This document shows, in pieces, positions 55,327 through 64,000 of a DNA stretch of 64,000 nucleotides. This DNA is from an uncultured Candidatus Poseidoniales archaeon (GTDB lineage Archaea > Thermoplasmatota > Poseidoniia > Poseidoniales > Poseidoniaceae): NCBI GenBank assembly GCA_964587885.1, contig CAZPME010000003.1, positions 40,996 to 104,995 on the forward strand, given 5' to 3'. The notes below the pieces were generated by a model. That model saw only the letters and a program-made list of their open reading frames with translations. It made no database searches and had not been told where the DNA came from. The translations under genes and the position numbers were made by a program. How positions within the stretch are numbered: position 1 is the stretch's first letter; each line of letters begins with the position of its first letter.

Positions 55327-56256
55327 TCAATCTTCAGCCCAAGCATCTTTCTTTTGATCGGGATGACTTGAAATTGTGAATGTATTTATCGTCTTCATTG
55401 GATCACCTTTGGAAATTTTTCCTTTGTATTGTTTCACCTTTTCACCAATCCGAACACGGACTTTGAACTTGGTCGGGTCTTTGGTTTTCCAACGCCGATG
55501 TTTTGCATAGTGGTGCACACAAATTCGATAATCGCCAACTGGTGGCATCACTTCCCAATACACATTTTCAATAGGTTTGCGAGAACCAGGCTTGATATTC
55601 ATATCTATGTCGAGTTCGCCCCCACATTCTGAGTTTCTATTATTGAAATAAATACGCTCTCCCGATGGACAAAATAAGTGTAGGTCAAGGTCATTGTAAT
55701 TATTCCAAAGAAGCGTGACTTGAACTTCTCCAGTCTTGGCACCTTCACGCTCAATTCGCTCAGCAAAATCACCTTCTTGGTCATCATTTTCGTCCACTAT
55801 ATCAATGTCATCTGGGGTTTCATTATTGACATTGACCGAGTTTGCTGCTCGGTCCAATTCGGCTTCTTTATCCCTTATCCACTCGGAACGTAAATCTTCT
55901 AATTCATTTCGACCTTCTTCAGCAACCACAGCATCCTCGCCTTCAGGAGGTTCTTGGGATGGGGGTTTGGTAAGTGGCCTGGTGGGGTCTGGTAAACTCA
56001 ATGTTCGCCATTCAATTTCTGCGCGTGATTGGTTTGGGTCTTCTAACATCTCAACCTGTTCTGGGCGAAAGGTTTCTTGTTGCTGAGACCTCTCAAGTAG
56101 GATATTACGCATTTTCCTTGAACGACGAAACAATAATACTCGAAAAAACCCAAGAGTAAAACCTCCGCCAAGGATTCCCAAATACACTAGAGATAGCGGG
56201 TCCACATTCCCGCGTATAAGAATTAACGTATAGCACCAACGGTGGAGAAATCTCAA
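55327..56256 (-). CDS. membrane-anchored paralog carrying one copy of the WNNYNDLDLH/CPSGE/GELDID/VHHY/TKDPT module
   Basis: 309 aa with N-terminal TM (LSLVYLGILGGGFTLGFFRVLLF + RRSRK), acidic linker, then ~120-aa module. The module is ~55% identical to the two copies in 5177..7117. Confidence 0.55.
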   Translation of the reverse strand: MRFLHRWCYTLILIRGNVDPLSLVYLGILGGGFTLGFFRVLLFRRSRKMRNILLERSQQQETFRPEQVEMLEDPNQSRAEIEWRTLSLPDPTRPLTKPPSQEPPEGEDAVVAEEGRNELEDLRSEWIRDKEAELDRAANSVNVNNETPDDIDIVDENDDQEGDFAERIEREGAKTGEVQVTLLWNNYNDLDLHLFCPSGERIYFNNRNSECGGELDIDMNIKPGSRKPIENVYWEVMPPVGDYRICVHHYAKHRRWKTKDPTKFKVRVRIGEKVKQYKGKISKGDPMKTINTFTISSHPDQKKDAWAED

Positions 56257-57281
56257 CCTATAAGGTTGGAAATCAAGTCATCATGTTTGGCCTTATTAGG
56301 CCGCATCAATTCTGCTGGTAAACTGGCTAAAGGAATATCAACTAAACCTTGCACTTCATCAGCAGTAGGGATGCTTGGGTCATAATACAGAAGACCTGTA
56401 ACATGCTTCTTGTCTTGCTCGGCATTATGGATTGCGGATTGAGCGGCGACTGCATCGGTTGGGTCAAATGATGCAGCAACGGTTTCTAAACGTAGAACGC
56501 TACCATCGAACATTTCAATATCTTGAAATTCTCCTTCCGGAATATCTACTTCTTCAAGTGGAGAAAAATGCGGAATGTAATCCACTCCATGCAATGGTTC
56601 ATCATTTCCTTTTACGTAACCGTATGAGCGATATGAATCATCGTTGTTGGCGAAAGTGACGCAAGGACTAATCACATCGATAATTGCCATACCTTTGTGA
56701 CTCATTGCTGCCTTGATCAAGGCAGTCAGTTGCTTCTTTGCTCCACTAAATGAACGGGCGACGAAACTACATCCTAGATTGATGGCCATCTTGCACAGGT
56801 CGATTGGTGGTTGTTCATTTGCAGCACCTTTGCGCTTCTTAGATCCAAGTTCCATAGTGGCACTATACTGACCTTTCGTCAAGCCATATACTCCATTATT
56901 CTCAATGATGTAAACCATATTCAAATTACGGCGGATGGCGTGAATAAATTGACCAATTCCAATACTAGCACTATCTCCGTCTCCTGATACTCCAATATAC
57001 ATGAGATTCTTGTTTGCCATTGCGGCACCTGTCGTCACCGAAGGCATACGGCCATGCACTGTATTGAAACCATGTGACTGGCCAAGGAAATAAGCCGGAG
57101 TTTTGGATGAACATCCGATTCCACTCATCTTTGCAATTCCCTCAGGGGCAATACCATTTTCCCAGGCAGCTTGGATTATAACTTTGGAAATTTGGTCATG
57201 GCCACATCCTGGACAAAGCGAGGATTTACCCCCCGTGTAATCTGATTTCTCTCTGTTTATTACGTTCAATTTTATACTCAT
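56253..57281 (-). CDS. 2-oxoacid:ferredoxin oxidoreductase β subunit (TPP-binding)
   Basis: CPGCGH..., GIGCSS..., YIGVSGDGDSASIGIGQFIHAIRRNLNMVYIIENNGVYGLTKGQ motifs. Confidence 0.85.
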   Translation of the reverse strand: MSIKLNVINREKSDYTGGKSSLCPGCGHDQISKVIIQAAWENGIAPEGIAKMSGIGCSSKTPAYFLGQSHGFNTVHGRMPSVTTGAAMANKNLMYIGVSGDGDSASIGIGQFIHAIRRNLNMVYIIENNGVYGLTKGQYSATMELGSKKRKGAANEQPPIDLCKMAINLGCSFVARSFSGAKKQLTALIKAAMSHKGMAIIDVISPCVTFANNDDSYRSYGYVKGNDEPLHGVDYIPHFSPLEEVDIPEGEFQDIEMFDGSVLRLETVAASFDPTDAVAAQSAIHNAEQDKKHVTGLLYYDPSIPTADEVQGLVDIPLASLPAELMRPNKAKHDDLISNLIG

Positions 57282-59065
57282 ATTACCAACTCCTTCAAAG
57301 TGCGTAAAATTCTATCGGCAAAGAAGCGCGCACGCGGTGGCATTCCATCGCTATATGCAACACTCAATACCTTAGGTACTAAATGAATCGGTAATTCCTT
57401 TCGTAAGACACCATACATTTGGCCATCACGATTAATCTCTAGAACGATGACCTTCTCATGACGTTCGACAAAGGCCTCAACTTCTGGGTGTAACGGTAAT
57501 GCACGTACTCTGCATTGTGAAACTTTGACACCGGTATCCTCTATGATATCATCAATTTCTTGAATCGTTGTTTCCATTGAACCGAAATAGATAATCCCAA
57601 TTTCCAATTCTTCTTCTTCGCGTAGGATTGGAGAGGGCAATTCCACTCGAGCATTGTTGATTTTGCGCTTTAGACGCTTCATAGTCTGCCGATATACTTG
57701 TGGGTCTTCCGAATAAACTCCATCTTCATCGTGACCTGTGCCACGGTAAAGTATCGGCGCCAAACCTGAACCGGGTAAAGTTCGGTAAGGTACGCCATCG
57801 CCATCAACATCACGGTAACGGCCGAAATTTTCAATCGCGTCAAATTCCTCCTGATTTCGAAGAACTTTTCCACGATCTATCGGCTCATCTGGGTATTCAA
57901 AACCATTGCAAACCCAATTATTCATCCCTAAATCCAAGTCACTGAATCCAAATACCAGAGTTTGGTAGCGCTCTGCATATTCAAAGGCTCGCCAAGCAAA
58001 TTCAAAACATTCTTCGACATTTCCGGGAATTAATACAATATGATCTGTGTCTCCATGGCTTGCTTCGCGCAATAGATTAAGATCGCCTTGCTGAGTTCGA
58101 GTTGGTAAACCAGTCGAAGGACCGACTCGGTTTACATCCCAAATTACACCAGGTATTTCAGCGAAATAGGCCAAACCAATGAACTCAGACATTAGAGAAA
58201 TCCCTGGACCAGAAGTGCAGGTCATGGCTCTTGAGCCACCCCATCCTGCACCAACTACCATTCCGGCAGCAGCTAATTCATCTTCGGCTTGGATAACTGC
58301 ACAAGTTGATTCTCCTGCATCAGTATCTCGTAAACTTGGTAACCACTTGATTATCCCTTCTGCCATCGAAGATGAAGGTGTGATTGGATACCAAGAAAGC
58401 ATTGTTACTCCACCATAAATAGAGCCGAGAGCAGCGGCTTCATTACCATCGATGAGGAATTGACCCTCGATTTTTTCACGTTCTTCGATGCGATATGGTT
58501 GAGGATTGGCAAAATTTTCCTCTGCATAAGCCCGACCTTCTTCGATTGCTTGCATATTCAATTCAATCGCACTTTGCTTACCCTTGAATTGTTTTTCTAG
58601 CAGTGCCTGAACTTTAGCAATATCAATTTGTAAGAAGTGAACCAAAGCACCTACATAATACATATTTGCAATCATGCGAGCTAATTTCGGGTTGATTTTT
58701 CTCGCCATTGAAGTCATCGGCAGTCCAAGAACAGTGCAGTCATCGCGCTCAACAGGCATTTTTACATCGGTATTGTAGATGATTACAGTACCTTCTTCAC
58801 ATTCATCAATATCCTTCTGCCAAGTATCTGAATTCATTAGAATCTTAATGTGAGTTCGGTCACCTGGTGCCTGATATCCAGCATCTGAGACGCGAATAAT
58901 ATACCAAGTCGGTAATCCAGAAATATTGCTGGGGAAGAGATTCTTTCCACTTACAGGGACGCCCATGTCAAACATGGTCTTGAGTAGCACCAAGTTCGCC
59001 GACTGAGAACCTGTTCCGTTGGCTGTTGCGATATTTATTGTGAAGTCGTTAACGATGGTTTCCAT
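57278..59065 (-). CDS. 2-oxoacid:ferredoxin oxidoreductase α subunit (fused α/γ-type)
   Basis: 595 aa. N-terminal γ-like and central pyruvate-flavodoxin-OR core (GYPITPSS...). Overlaps β by 4 nt. Confidence 0.85.
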   Translation of the reverse strand: METIVNDFTINIATANGTGSQSANLVLLKTMFDMGVPVSGKNLFPSNISGLPTWYIIRVSDAGYQAPGDRTHIKILMNSDTWQKDIDECEEGTVIIYNTDVKMPVERDDCTVLGLPMTSMARKINPKLARMIANMYYVGALVHFLQIDIAKVQALLEKQFKGKQSAIELNMQAIEEGRAYAEENFANPQPYRIEEREKIEGQFLIDGNEAAALGSIYGGVTMLSWYPITPSSSMAEGIIKWLPSLRDTDAGESTCAVIQAEDELAAAGMVVGAGWGGSRAMTCTSGPGISLMSEFIGLAYFAEIPGVIWDVNRVGPSTGLPTRTQQGDLNLLREASHGDTDHIVLIPGNVEECFEFAWRAFEYAERYQTLVFGFSDLDLGMNNWVCNGFEYPDEPIDRGKVLRNQEEFDAIENFGRYRDVDGDGVPYRTLPGSGLAPILYRGTGHDEDGVYSEDPQVYRQTMKRLKRKINNARVELPSPILREEEELEIGIIYFGSMETTIQEIDDIIEDTGVKVSQCRVRALPLHPEVEAFVERHEKVIVLEINRDGQMYGVLRKELPIHLVPKVLSVAYSDGMPPRARFFADRILRTLKELVI

Positions 59066-59231
59066 CTATTCATTCCCCATATTCCGCTGTGGTTTCCGGC
59101 ATGTTTGTTTCGCGGTATCAACCAGCCATACCTCTGCGGCATTTACTGCCCCTTGAATACGCTCTTTCAAGGTATTGCCCTTGCATCCTGAATAGTGTCG
59201 TCCTTGCGTCGATTTCAAAACGGGTGCACTT

Positions 59232-60329
59232 GTGGGCGGGTCGATGGCGAGCGAAGAACAGAAACAATCTTGGGAAAAGGCTGAGAAATTCATCGAGAAA
59301 GGGAAGCACGATGAAGCATTGCAGTTATTACGTGACGTTGATTCATCGGGTTCAAATGCAGAGACATGGAAATTGGCAGGTGATGCAAAACTTGGATTAG
59401 CGCGTAATTCAGAGGCATCTAAGCCTAAAGCGCTGTATCGTCAATCCCGTGCTCACTATTATCAATCGTTGAAAATTAACCCGGGCAATAAGAAAACCCG
59501 ATCATCGCTCGACACCCTACTAAATGAAATGCAAAATCGAGGTATTAGTGAGACCTCTTTACCGCAATTATTCAAAGATGGTACTCCAACCCTTTACGGC
59601 ATAGTAGCCATCCCAGTTGCATTCCTAATCGTTTTGGCTGGAATCAAATATGTAGTTGCTGAAGAAAGCACCGAATTAGCCGGTGATGTTGAATTGACGA
59701 TTACATGGACTGACAAAAGCGGTAATGCTCATATCGGTACGATTACTATTGAATTGGACGATGCCAACACTCCAATTCACGCCAAGAATTTCCGTCTTCA
59801 CGCCAGCCAAGGAAATTATGATACTACGGTATTTCATCGGATTGTAGATAATTTCATGGTTCAAGGAGGCGATGTTGAACATAAATCTGGAAGCGGGGGG
59901 TACGCTGCAGAATACTTTGGCTACTGTATGGACGGAAGTACCATCGCCGCCGCCGAAAATTGCCCAGAACAAGTCAATTGGAAAGTACCTGCCGAATTTG
60001 GCGAGCCACATATTGCCGGCGCTATTGCCGCGGCTCGAAGTCAAGATGACAATTCAGCTGGTAGCCAATTCTACATGGTTGATACTAACGGAGCTGCCTC
60101 TCTAGATGGCAAGTACACCGCCTTCGGGTTTGCTCATTCAGGAACTATTGACGGGATTGCTGTTGATGGTATTGATGTGATAGATGCAATTTCTGAGGTG
60201 GAGTGCCAAACTGCAGATGGTATTTGTGTTGATGGAGCGGGTAGTAAATCAGTCCATCCAGTAACCCTGACTCAAGCCAAATTGGTCGATGAACAAAGTG
60301 GCGGCATTCTAAGTTGGCTGGGATTGTAA
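59232..60329 (+). CDS. cyclophilin-type peptidyl-prolyl cis-trans isomerase with N-terminal TPR-like segment and one TM
   Basis: C-terminal domain FHRIVDNFMVQGGD...GSQFYMV (cyclophilin). TM LYGIVAIPVAFLIVLAGI near aa 120. Confidence 0.75.
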   Translation: MGGSMASEEQKQSWEKAEKFIEKGKHDEALQLLRDVDSSGSNAETWKLAGDAKLGLARNSEASKPKALYRQSRAHYYQSLKINPGNKKTRSSLDTLLNEMQNRGISETSLPQLFKDGTPTLYGIVAIPVAFLIVLAGIKYVVAEESTELAGDVELTITWTDKSGNAHIGTITIELDDANTPIHAKNFRLHASQGNYDTTVFHRIVDNFMVQGGDVEHKSGSGGYAAEYFGYCMDGSTIAAAENCPEQVNWKVPAEFGEPHIAGAIAAARSQDDNSAGSQFYMVDTNGAASLDGKYTAFGFAHSGTIDGIAVDGIDVIDAISEVECQTADGICVDGAGSKSVHPVTLTQAKLVDEQSGGILSWLGL

Positions 60330-60379
60330 CCCAACCTCTTTGAGCGCATGCTTCATGGTGGGGTTGTGCTTGGGTAGTA

Positions 60380-63082
60380 ATGGAGAGGTTATTCGTGTCC
60401 GAATCCAACCCGTTTAACGCCCGTCAAGAATTCAATTTGAGTGATGGGGGGGTCTCTCGACTGGCGGCAATTTCAGCGCTTGAGCAGGCTGGACATTGCA
60501 ACATTGCTGAATTGCCTTTCACCATACGTATTTTACTTGAGGCAGCACTGCGAAAATGTGATGGTTTTCTAGTCACCAAAGAAGACGTTATTCGCATTGC
60601 TGGGTGGAAACCAAATGATGAACGTGAGGAGATTCCTTTCACTCCTTCAAGAGTAATTCTGCAAGACTTTACCGGGGTTCCAGCAGTAGTAGATTTAGCC
60701 GCACTTCGTAATGCAGTAGTAGATTTAGGCGGTAAACCAGAGAAAGTAAACCCACAAGTCCCAGTCGATTTGGTAATAGACCACAGCGTTCAAGTTGATT
60801 TCTCCGGTATATTTGAAGATGCTCAAGAACGCAATCTTGAAATTGAATACCAAAGAAATATGGAGCGTTATAAATTCCTTAAATGGGGACAAAAAAACCT
60901 CGAAAAATTCAGAGCTGTACCGCCGGGTAGAGGAATTGTCCATCAAGTAAATCTTGAGTGGATTGCCAACGTTGCTAGGGAAGAAGATGGCTGCTGGTTG
61001 GCCGATACTCTTGTCGGAACTGATAGCCACACGACCATGATAAATGGCCTTGGAGTACTTGGTTGGGGGGTCGGAGGTATTGAAGCAGAAGCGGTAATGC
61101 TCGGGCAACCAATTTACATGCTCGCTCCTGATGTAATTGGCTTTGAATTGACCGGTAGTCTTGCTACAGGAGTAACTGCTACCGACATGACTTTGCGGAT
61201 TGTTGAAATGTTGCGTGAACATGGTGTTGTAGGAAAATTCGTCGAATTTTTTGGCTCAGGAATGTCCGCATTATCACTTCCCGATCGAGCAACTATTGCA
61301 AATATGGCACCAGAATATGGCGCCACTTGTGGGTTTTTCCCAGTCGATGAAGTGACTCTTGAGTACTTACTACTGTCTGGACGAGATAAGAATCACGTCG
61401 CCAATGTAGAAGCCTATTGCAAAGCAAACAACTTGTGGTATTCACCCGAACAAGAAAGACCACAATTTACCGCAACTCTCAATCTCGACCTTTCTGAAGT
61501 CAAGCCCGCTCTCGCAGGACCAAAGCGACCACAAGACCGAGTGGATTTAGCCGCAATGAAACAACATTGGCATGACAGTCTGTCTGCCCCTGTTGGCTTA
61601 CAAGGACATGGTATTGCGGCCGAAAATCTTGATGTAAAGGCTGAAGTTGAAGGAGAAGAATTTTGTTTGCAGCATGGTGATGTTGTTATCGCAGCAATCA
61701 CTTCATGCACTAATACAAGCAATCCAAGTGTGATGCTATCTGCAGGACTGGTTGCACGTAATGCTAGAGCAAAGGGGTTGCAGGTCAAACCTTGGGTCAA
61801 GACTTCTTTAGCACCGGGTTCTCGAGTGGTAACAGATTATTACAAGGCCTCTGGTTTAGACCAAGATTTGTCAGCTCTCGGATTCAACAATGTTGGCTAT
61901 GGATGCACAACCTGCATCGGTAATTCCGGCCCATTACAAACCGAAATTGAAGCAGCCATAGACGAAAGGGGAATTGTCGCCGGTTCCGTAATCTCAGGTA
62001 ATAGGAATTTCGAAGGAAGAGTTCATCAAAAAGTGAAGGCATCTTATCTCTCAAGTCCCCCATTGGTAGTGGCCTACGCAATTGCGGGAACTCTGGATAT
62101 CGACATGAAGAATGAACCTTTAGGAAACGATACGCAGGGAAAACCGGTAATGCTCGCAGATATTTGGCCCAGTGACGACGAAATCAAACAAACCATCAGA
62201 GAATCAATTTCTCCTGAGATGTTCAAGCAACGATATTCTACTGCAATGCAGGAGGAACGCTGGGATGCTATCCCTGTCGAAGCCAGCGATCTCTACTCAT
62301 GGGAAGATGATTCAACTTACATCCGCCTACCAACATTTTTTTCTGGTATTACCCCTACAATCAACCCAATTAGGCCGATTAACGGAGCTCGTACATTGTT
62401 GAAATTGGGTGATTCAATTACAACCGACCACATCTCTCCAGCTGGAGCGTTTCCACATTCCGGCTCTGCCGGACAATATTTGATGGCCAATGGTGTTGAG
62501 CCACGAAATTTCAACTCCTTTGGTAGTCGACGCGGCAATCATGAAGTAATGATGCGAGGTACTTTCGCCAATGTCCGAATCCGTAACCAACTCGCACCTA
62601 ATACCGAAGGTGGTTTCACAACACACTTCCCAAGTGGAGAAATAATGTCAATATATGACGCCGCGCAAAAATATATCGCAAGTAGCACACCACTAGTGGT
62701 GCTAGCAGGTTCGCAATACGGCACCGGATCATCTCGTGATTGGGCGGCAAAGGGGACTCTATTACTGGGAGTAAAAGCCGTAATCACCACTTCGTTTGAA
62801 CGCATTCACCGCTCAAATTTGGTCGGCATGGGAGTTCTGCCGCTTTGTTTTGATGACGGTGACTCAGCCCAATCTCTAGGACTCGATGGTAGCGAACATT
62901 TCGATATTCCAATCGGTGATGATATCTCGCCTATGGATTGGCTGAACGTTTCTGCAACAAATGCTGCTGGTCAAGTTACAGAATTTCGAGTTCAAGTCAG
63001 ACTTGATACACCAGTTGAAGTTGAATATTATCGAAATGGCGGCATCCTCCATACGGTTGTCCGAAAACTCGCAAAAGAATGA
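60380..63082 (+). CDS. acnA: aconitate hydratase (AcnA/IRP type)
   Basis: 900 aa. Fe-S ligand contexts ITSCTNTSNP and GCTTCIGNSGP; C-terminal swivel domain. Confidence 0.9.
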   Translation: MERLFVSESNPFNARQEFNLSDGGVSRLAAISALEQAGHCNIAELPFTIRILLEAALRKCDGFLVTKEDVIRIAGWKPNDEREEIPFTPSRVILQDFTGVPAVVDLAALRNAVVDLGGKPEKVNPQVPVDLVIDHSVQVDFSGIFEDAQERNLEIEYQRNMERYKFLKWGQKNLEKFRAVPPGRGIVHQVNLEWIANVAREEDGCWLADTLVGTDSHTTMINGLGVLGWGVGGIEAEAVMLGQPIYMLAPDVIGFELTGSLATGVTATDMTLRIVEMLREHGVVGKFVEFFGSGMSALSLPDRATIANMAPEYGATCGFFPVDEVTLEYLLLSGRDKNHVANVEAYCKANNLWYSPEQERPQFTATLNLDLSEVKPALAGPKRPQDRVDLAAMKQHWHDSLSAPVGLQGHGIAAENLDVKAEVEGEEFCLQHGDVVIAAITSCTNTSNPSVMLSAGLVARNARAKGLQVKPWVKTSLAPGSRVVTDYYKASGLDQDLSALGFNNVGYGCTTCIGNSGPLQTEIEAAIDERGIVAGSVISGNRNFEGRVHQKVKASYLSSPPLVVAYAIAGTLDIDMKNEPLGNDTQGKPVMLADIWPSDDEIKQTIRESISPEMFKQRYSTAMQEERWDAIPVEASDLYSWEDDSTYIRLPTFFSGITPTINPIRPINGARTLLKLGDSITTDHISPAGAFPHSGSAGQYLMANGVEPRNFNSFGSRRGNHEVMMRGTFANVRIRNQLAPNTEGGFTTHFPSGEIMSIYDAAQKYIASSTPLVVLAGSQYGTGSSRDWAAKGTLLLGVKAVITTSFERIHRSNLVGMGVLPLCFDDGDSAQSLGLDGSEHFDIPIGDDISPMDWLNVSATNAAGQVTEFRVQVRLDTPVEVEYYRNGGILHTVVRKLAKE

Positions 63083-63141
63083 CCGCCAATGCCTTGAAAA
63101 AATAGCGATGGGTTCATGGCCTATCCCAACCGCCAATATTC

Positions 63142-63837
63142 ATGGCCGAGAAAATACGTGGACCCGTGCGCTTTCTTTTTCGGCATCCTGAAGAGGAAAT
63201 TGATATCCGCATCGAAGGTGATTCAGAGTGGGTCGCATCGCTACGCGATGAATTGGGATTGAATGAAATCGGTTGGCTACAACCTTTGGCTTCACAGTCG
63301 GTGAGATTGAACCGAGTTAGTAATCGAGAACTTGACGACGAAGATGGTGATTCAGAGCAAGAATTGGAACTCGGCCACGAAGGTGAATTACTAACTAACA
63401 AACCAACCGATATGGGACCTCCCCCTGACCCGAGCCGCATTCCTGTGGTGCGACGACCAATAGGTTCACTCGACATTAATGCTGAATTGATTAAACTTGG
63501 TCTTGTTGTTCCAGAAAAACCCGACTCCGCCCAATTAGCCATGGATTTGGAAGGCTTAGAAACACCATTTCCTGCAGAAGGGCCATTGGTTTCAGATCCG
63601 ATGGCTGAGGCTTGGTTACGTGAATTATTACGAATTGCTGTGCGCAATTATGGACTGAGTGCTTTGGCGATTGAAGCGATTGAAAATTCGGCGTCTTCCT
63701 TGCTCGGTGACCGCACCGGAATGGAATTGGAATTGTGGTTGGAAGGACTATTTCGTCAAGGTAAATTGGTCAAGTTACACGGCGGCGATAGAACTGGTTA
63801 TGGCCCCAACCCAAAATGGCTAGAATCACGCATGTAA
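63142..63837 (+). CDS. hypothetical acidic protein
   Basis: 231-aa ORF directly downstream of acnA. No recognisable family. Confidence 0.35.
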   Translation: MAEKIRGPVRFLFRHPEEEIDIRIEGDSEWVASLRDELGLNEIGWLQPLASQSVRLNRVSNRELDDEDGDSEQELELGHEGELLTNKPTDMGPPPDPSRIPVVRRPIGSLDINAELIKLGLVVPEKPDSAQLAMDLEGLETPFPAEGPLVSDPMAEAWLRELLRIAVRNYGLSALAIEAIENSASSLLGDRTGMELELWLEGLFRQGKLVKLHGGDRTGYGPNPKWLESRM

Positions 63838-64000
63838 ATCGTTTGATAATAAGACTGACGCAAACGCAAGACTGAACGCCATTCTCGCACGCGCTATGCT
63901 CACGCGTGAGGGGAGAGATTTAATACATCGGTGAAGTCCGAAGCGATTGATGATGATGATGTTGACGAAGAACGAACTGATTACCAAGCGCGCTCGAAGT

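Noticed and set aside
55128-55346. 72-aa minus-strand ORF
   Set aside because: It overlaps the well-formed tRNA-Gln gene.

Overview
The 64 kb window is gene-dense and looks chromosomal, with about 55 protein genes, three tRNAs, and no CRISPR arrays, transposases or integrases. The gene content points to an archaeon with many bacterial-type genes, a mosaic that fits (but does not prove) a planktonic Thermoplasmatota / marine group II archaeon.

- **Archaeal markers:** RpoK, PurP, a GHMP-type shikimate kinase next to DHQ synthase II and an ADH-synthase-like aldolase, RibL, two class-III-signal archaellin/pilin-like proteins, and an NFACT/Rqc2 homolog.
- **Bacterial-type genes:** oligoribonuclease, RNase PH, eubacterial riboflavin synthase, and tryptophan 2,3-dioxygenase.

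Recognisable modules:
- heme O / heme A synthases (ctaA-ctaB)
- an archaeal DKFP-route shikimate cluster with aspartokinase and chorismate synthase
- a MoxR–DUF58–DUF4350-like membrane cluster directly downstream of a CoxS/L/M-type molybdopterin hydroxylase operon, with XdhC and MocA maturation genes nearby
- a rib operon (ribB–ribL–ribE–ribH)
- MoeB-rhodanese plus TrxB
- a fused E1α/β 2-oxoacid dehydrogenase
- 2-oxoacid:ferredoxin oxidoreductase α/β, aconitase, thiolase and acyl-CoA dehydrogenase

The most unusual locus spans 5177..10265 on the minus strand. It is a translationally coupled operon of an ABC ATPase, an FtsX/MacB-type double permease, and a 646-aa N-terminally anchored coiled-coil protein. 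That protein carries two ~80%-identical copies of an unassigned ~125-aa module and internal perfect 54-bp tandem DNA repeats. A third copy of the module lies in a smaller anchored paralog at 55327..56256.

Other notable items are a 1347-aa almost purely transmembrane giant protein wedged between the molybdoenzyme structural and maturation genes, an LDL-receptor-class-A-like Ca-binding motif in a membrane protein beside a Na+/Ca2+ exchanger, and a NUDIX–metallo-β-lactamase fusion.
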